DNA of 4,893 nucleotides from a virus (Duplodnaviria; Heunggongvirae; Uroviricota; Caudoviricetes): IMG/VR virus record IMGVR_UViG_2548876958_000007; one strand, 5' to 3'. Shown piece by piece: positions 4,540 to 4,893 of this stretch (position 1 is its first letter; each line of letters starts with the position of its first letter). The notes under the pieces were generated by a model. It saw only the letters and a program-made list of their open reading frames with translations, ran no database searches and was not told where the DNA came from. The position numbers and the translations under genes were made by a program.

Positions 4540-4572
4540 ATCTTAAGAAATGGAACAAACAAGTTACAGCAA
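4540..4572 (-). promoter_or_regulatory. Candidate pRE (CII-activated leftward promoter): TTGC-N6-TTGT around the -35 and a -10-like TAAGAT
   Basis: Minus-strand TTGCTGTAACTTGT (plus 4559..4572, inside the first codons of cII), then 13 nt, then TAAGAT (plus 4540..4545). Mirrors the lambda pRE layout (TTGC-N6-TTGC, about 12 nt, then a TAAGTA-like -10) as I recall it. Confidence 0.5.
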
Positions 4573-4849
4573 ACTATCACAGCGCGACGTTGATCGCGCA
4601 GAAACTGATTTACTCATCAACCTGTCAACGCTTACCCAGCGTGGTCTGGCAAAGATGATTGGCTGTCATGAATCGAAGATAAGCAGAACGGACTGGAGGT
4701 TTATTGCTTCGGTCTTGTGTGCTTTCGGAATGGCATCAGACATCAGTCCGATTAGCAGGGCTTTTAAGTATGCGCTTGATGGACTCACCAATAAAAAACG
4801 CCCGGTGTGCAAGACCGAGCGTTCTAATCAAATCCAGATGCAATTCTGA
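4550..4849 (+). CDS. cII: CII-type transcriptional activator (99 aa)
   Basis: Clear similarity to my recollection of lambda CII, especially the C-terminal LTNKKRP...TERSNQIQMQF (lambda: LTNKKRPAATERSEQIQMEF) and the SKISR segment; position after cro and nutR. Confidence 0.85.
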   Translation: MEQTSYSKLSQRDVDRAETDLLINLSTLTQRGLAKMIGCHESKISRTDWRFIASVLCAFGMASDISPISRAFKYALDGLTNKKRPVCKTERSNQIQMQF

Positions 4850-4881
4850 GGGAATTACTGGATCAATCCACAGGAGTCATT

Positions 4882-4893
4882 ATGACAAATACA
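4882..4893 (+). CDS. O: 5' end of a replication initiator O-like gene (first 4 codons, MTNT), truncated by the window
   Basis: ATG at 4882 with SD AGGAG 5 nt upstream; MTNT matches the N-terminus of lambda O as I recall it; position directly after cII. Only 12 nt are visible. Confidence 0.45.

Noticed and set aside
1-4893. CRISPR arrays, tRNA/rRNA genes, IS elements or att sites
   Set aside because: No regularly spaced direct repeats, no tRNA-like cloverleaf candidates, and no terminal inverted repeats flanking a transposase-like ORF were seen; the whole window is explained by phage regulatory genes and cargo.

Overview
This window is the immunity / early-regulatory core of a lambdoid prophage or phage with a lambda/P22-type mosaic layout. 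All calls are by eye from the sequence; no searches or computations were run. Leftward (minus strand): a pL-type region with a P22-type nutL boxB hairpin, an N-like antiterminator, a 207-aa AT-rich unknown gene, then three tandem intrinsic terminators and the start of a further gene at the window edge. Centre (minus strand): a leaderless CI-type repressor gene with S24-peptidase motifs, followed closely by a 113-aa unknown gene. Between that unit and pL lies a separate 311-aa unknown gene with its own AT-rich upstream region, candidate operator palindrome and terminator. Rightward (plus strand): cro-like gene, nutR boxA/boxB, a CII homologue with a pRE-like antisense promoter in its first codons, and the first four codons of an O-like replication gene (MTNT). 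The most interesting content is the two uncharacterised genes (113 aa and 311 aa) in the slot lambda uses for rexAB, plus the structured AT-rich regulatory island upstream of the 311-aa gene; I could not assign either protein to a family. Plus-strand ORFs that overlap the minus-strand genes are judged spurious.
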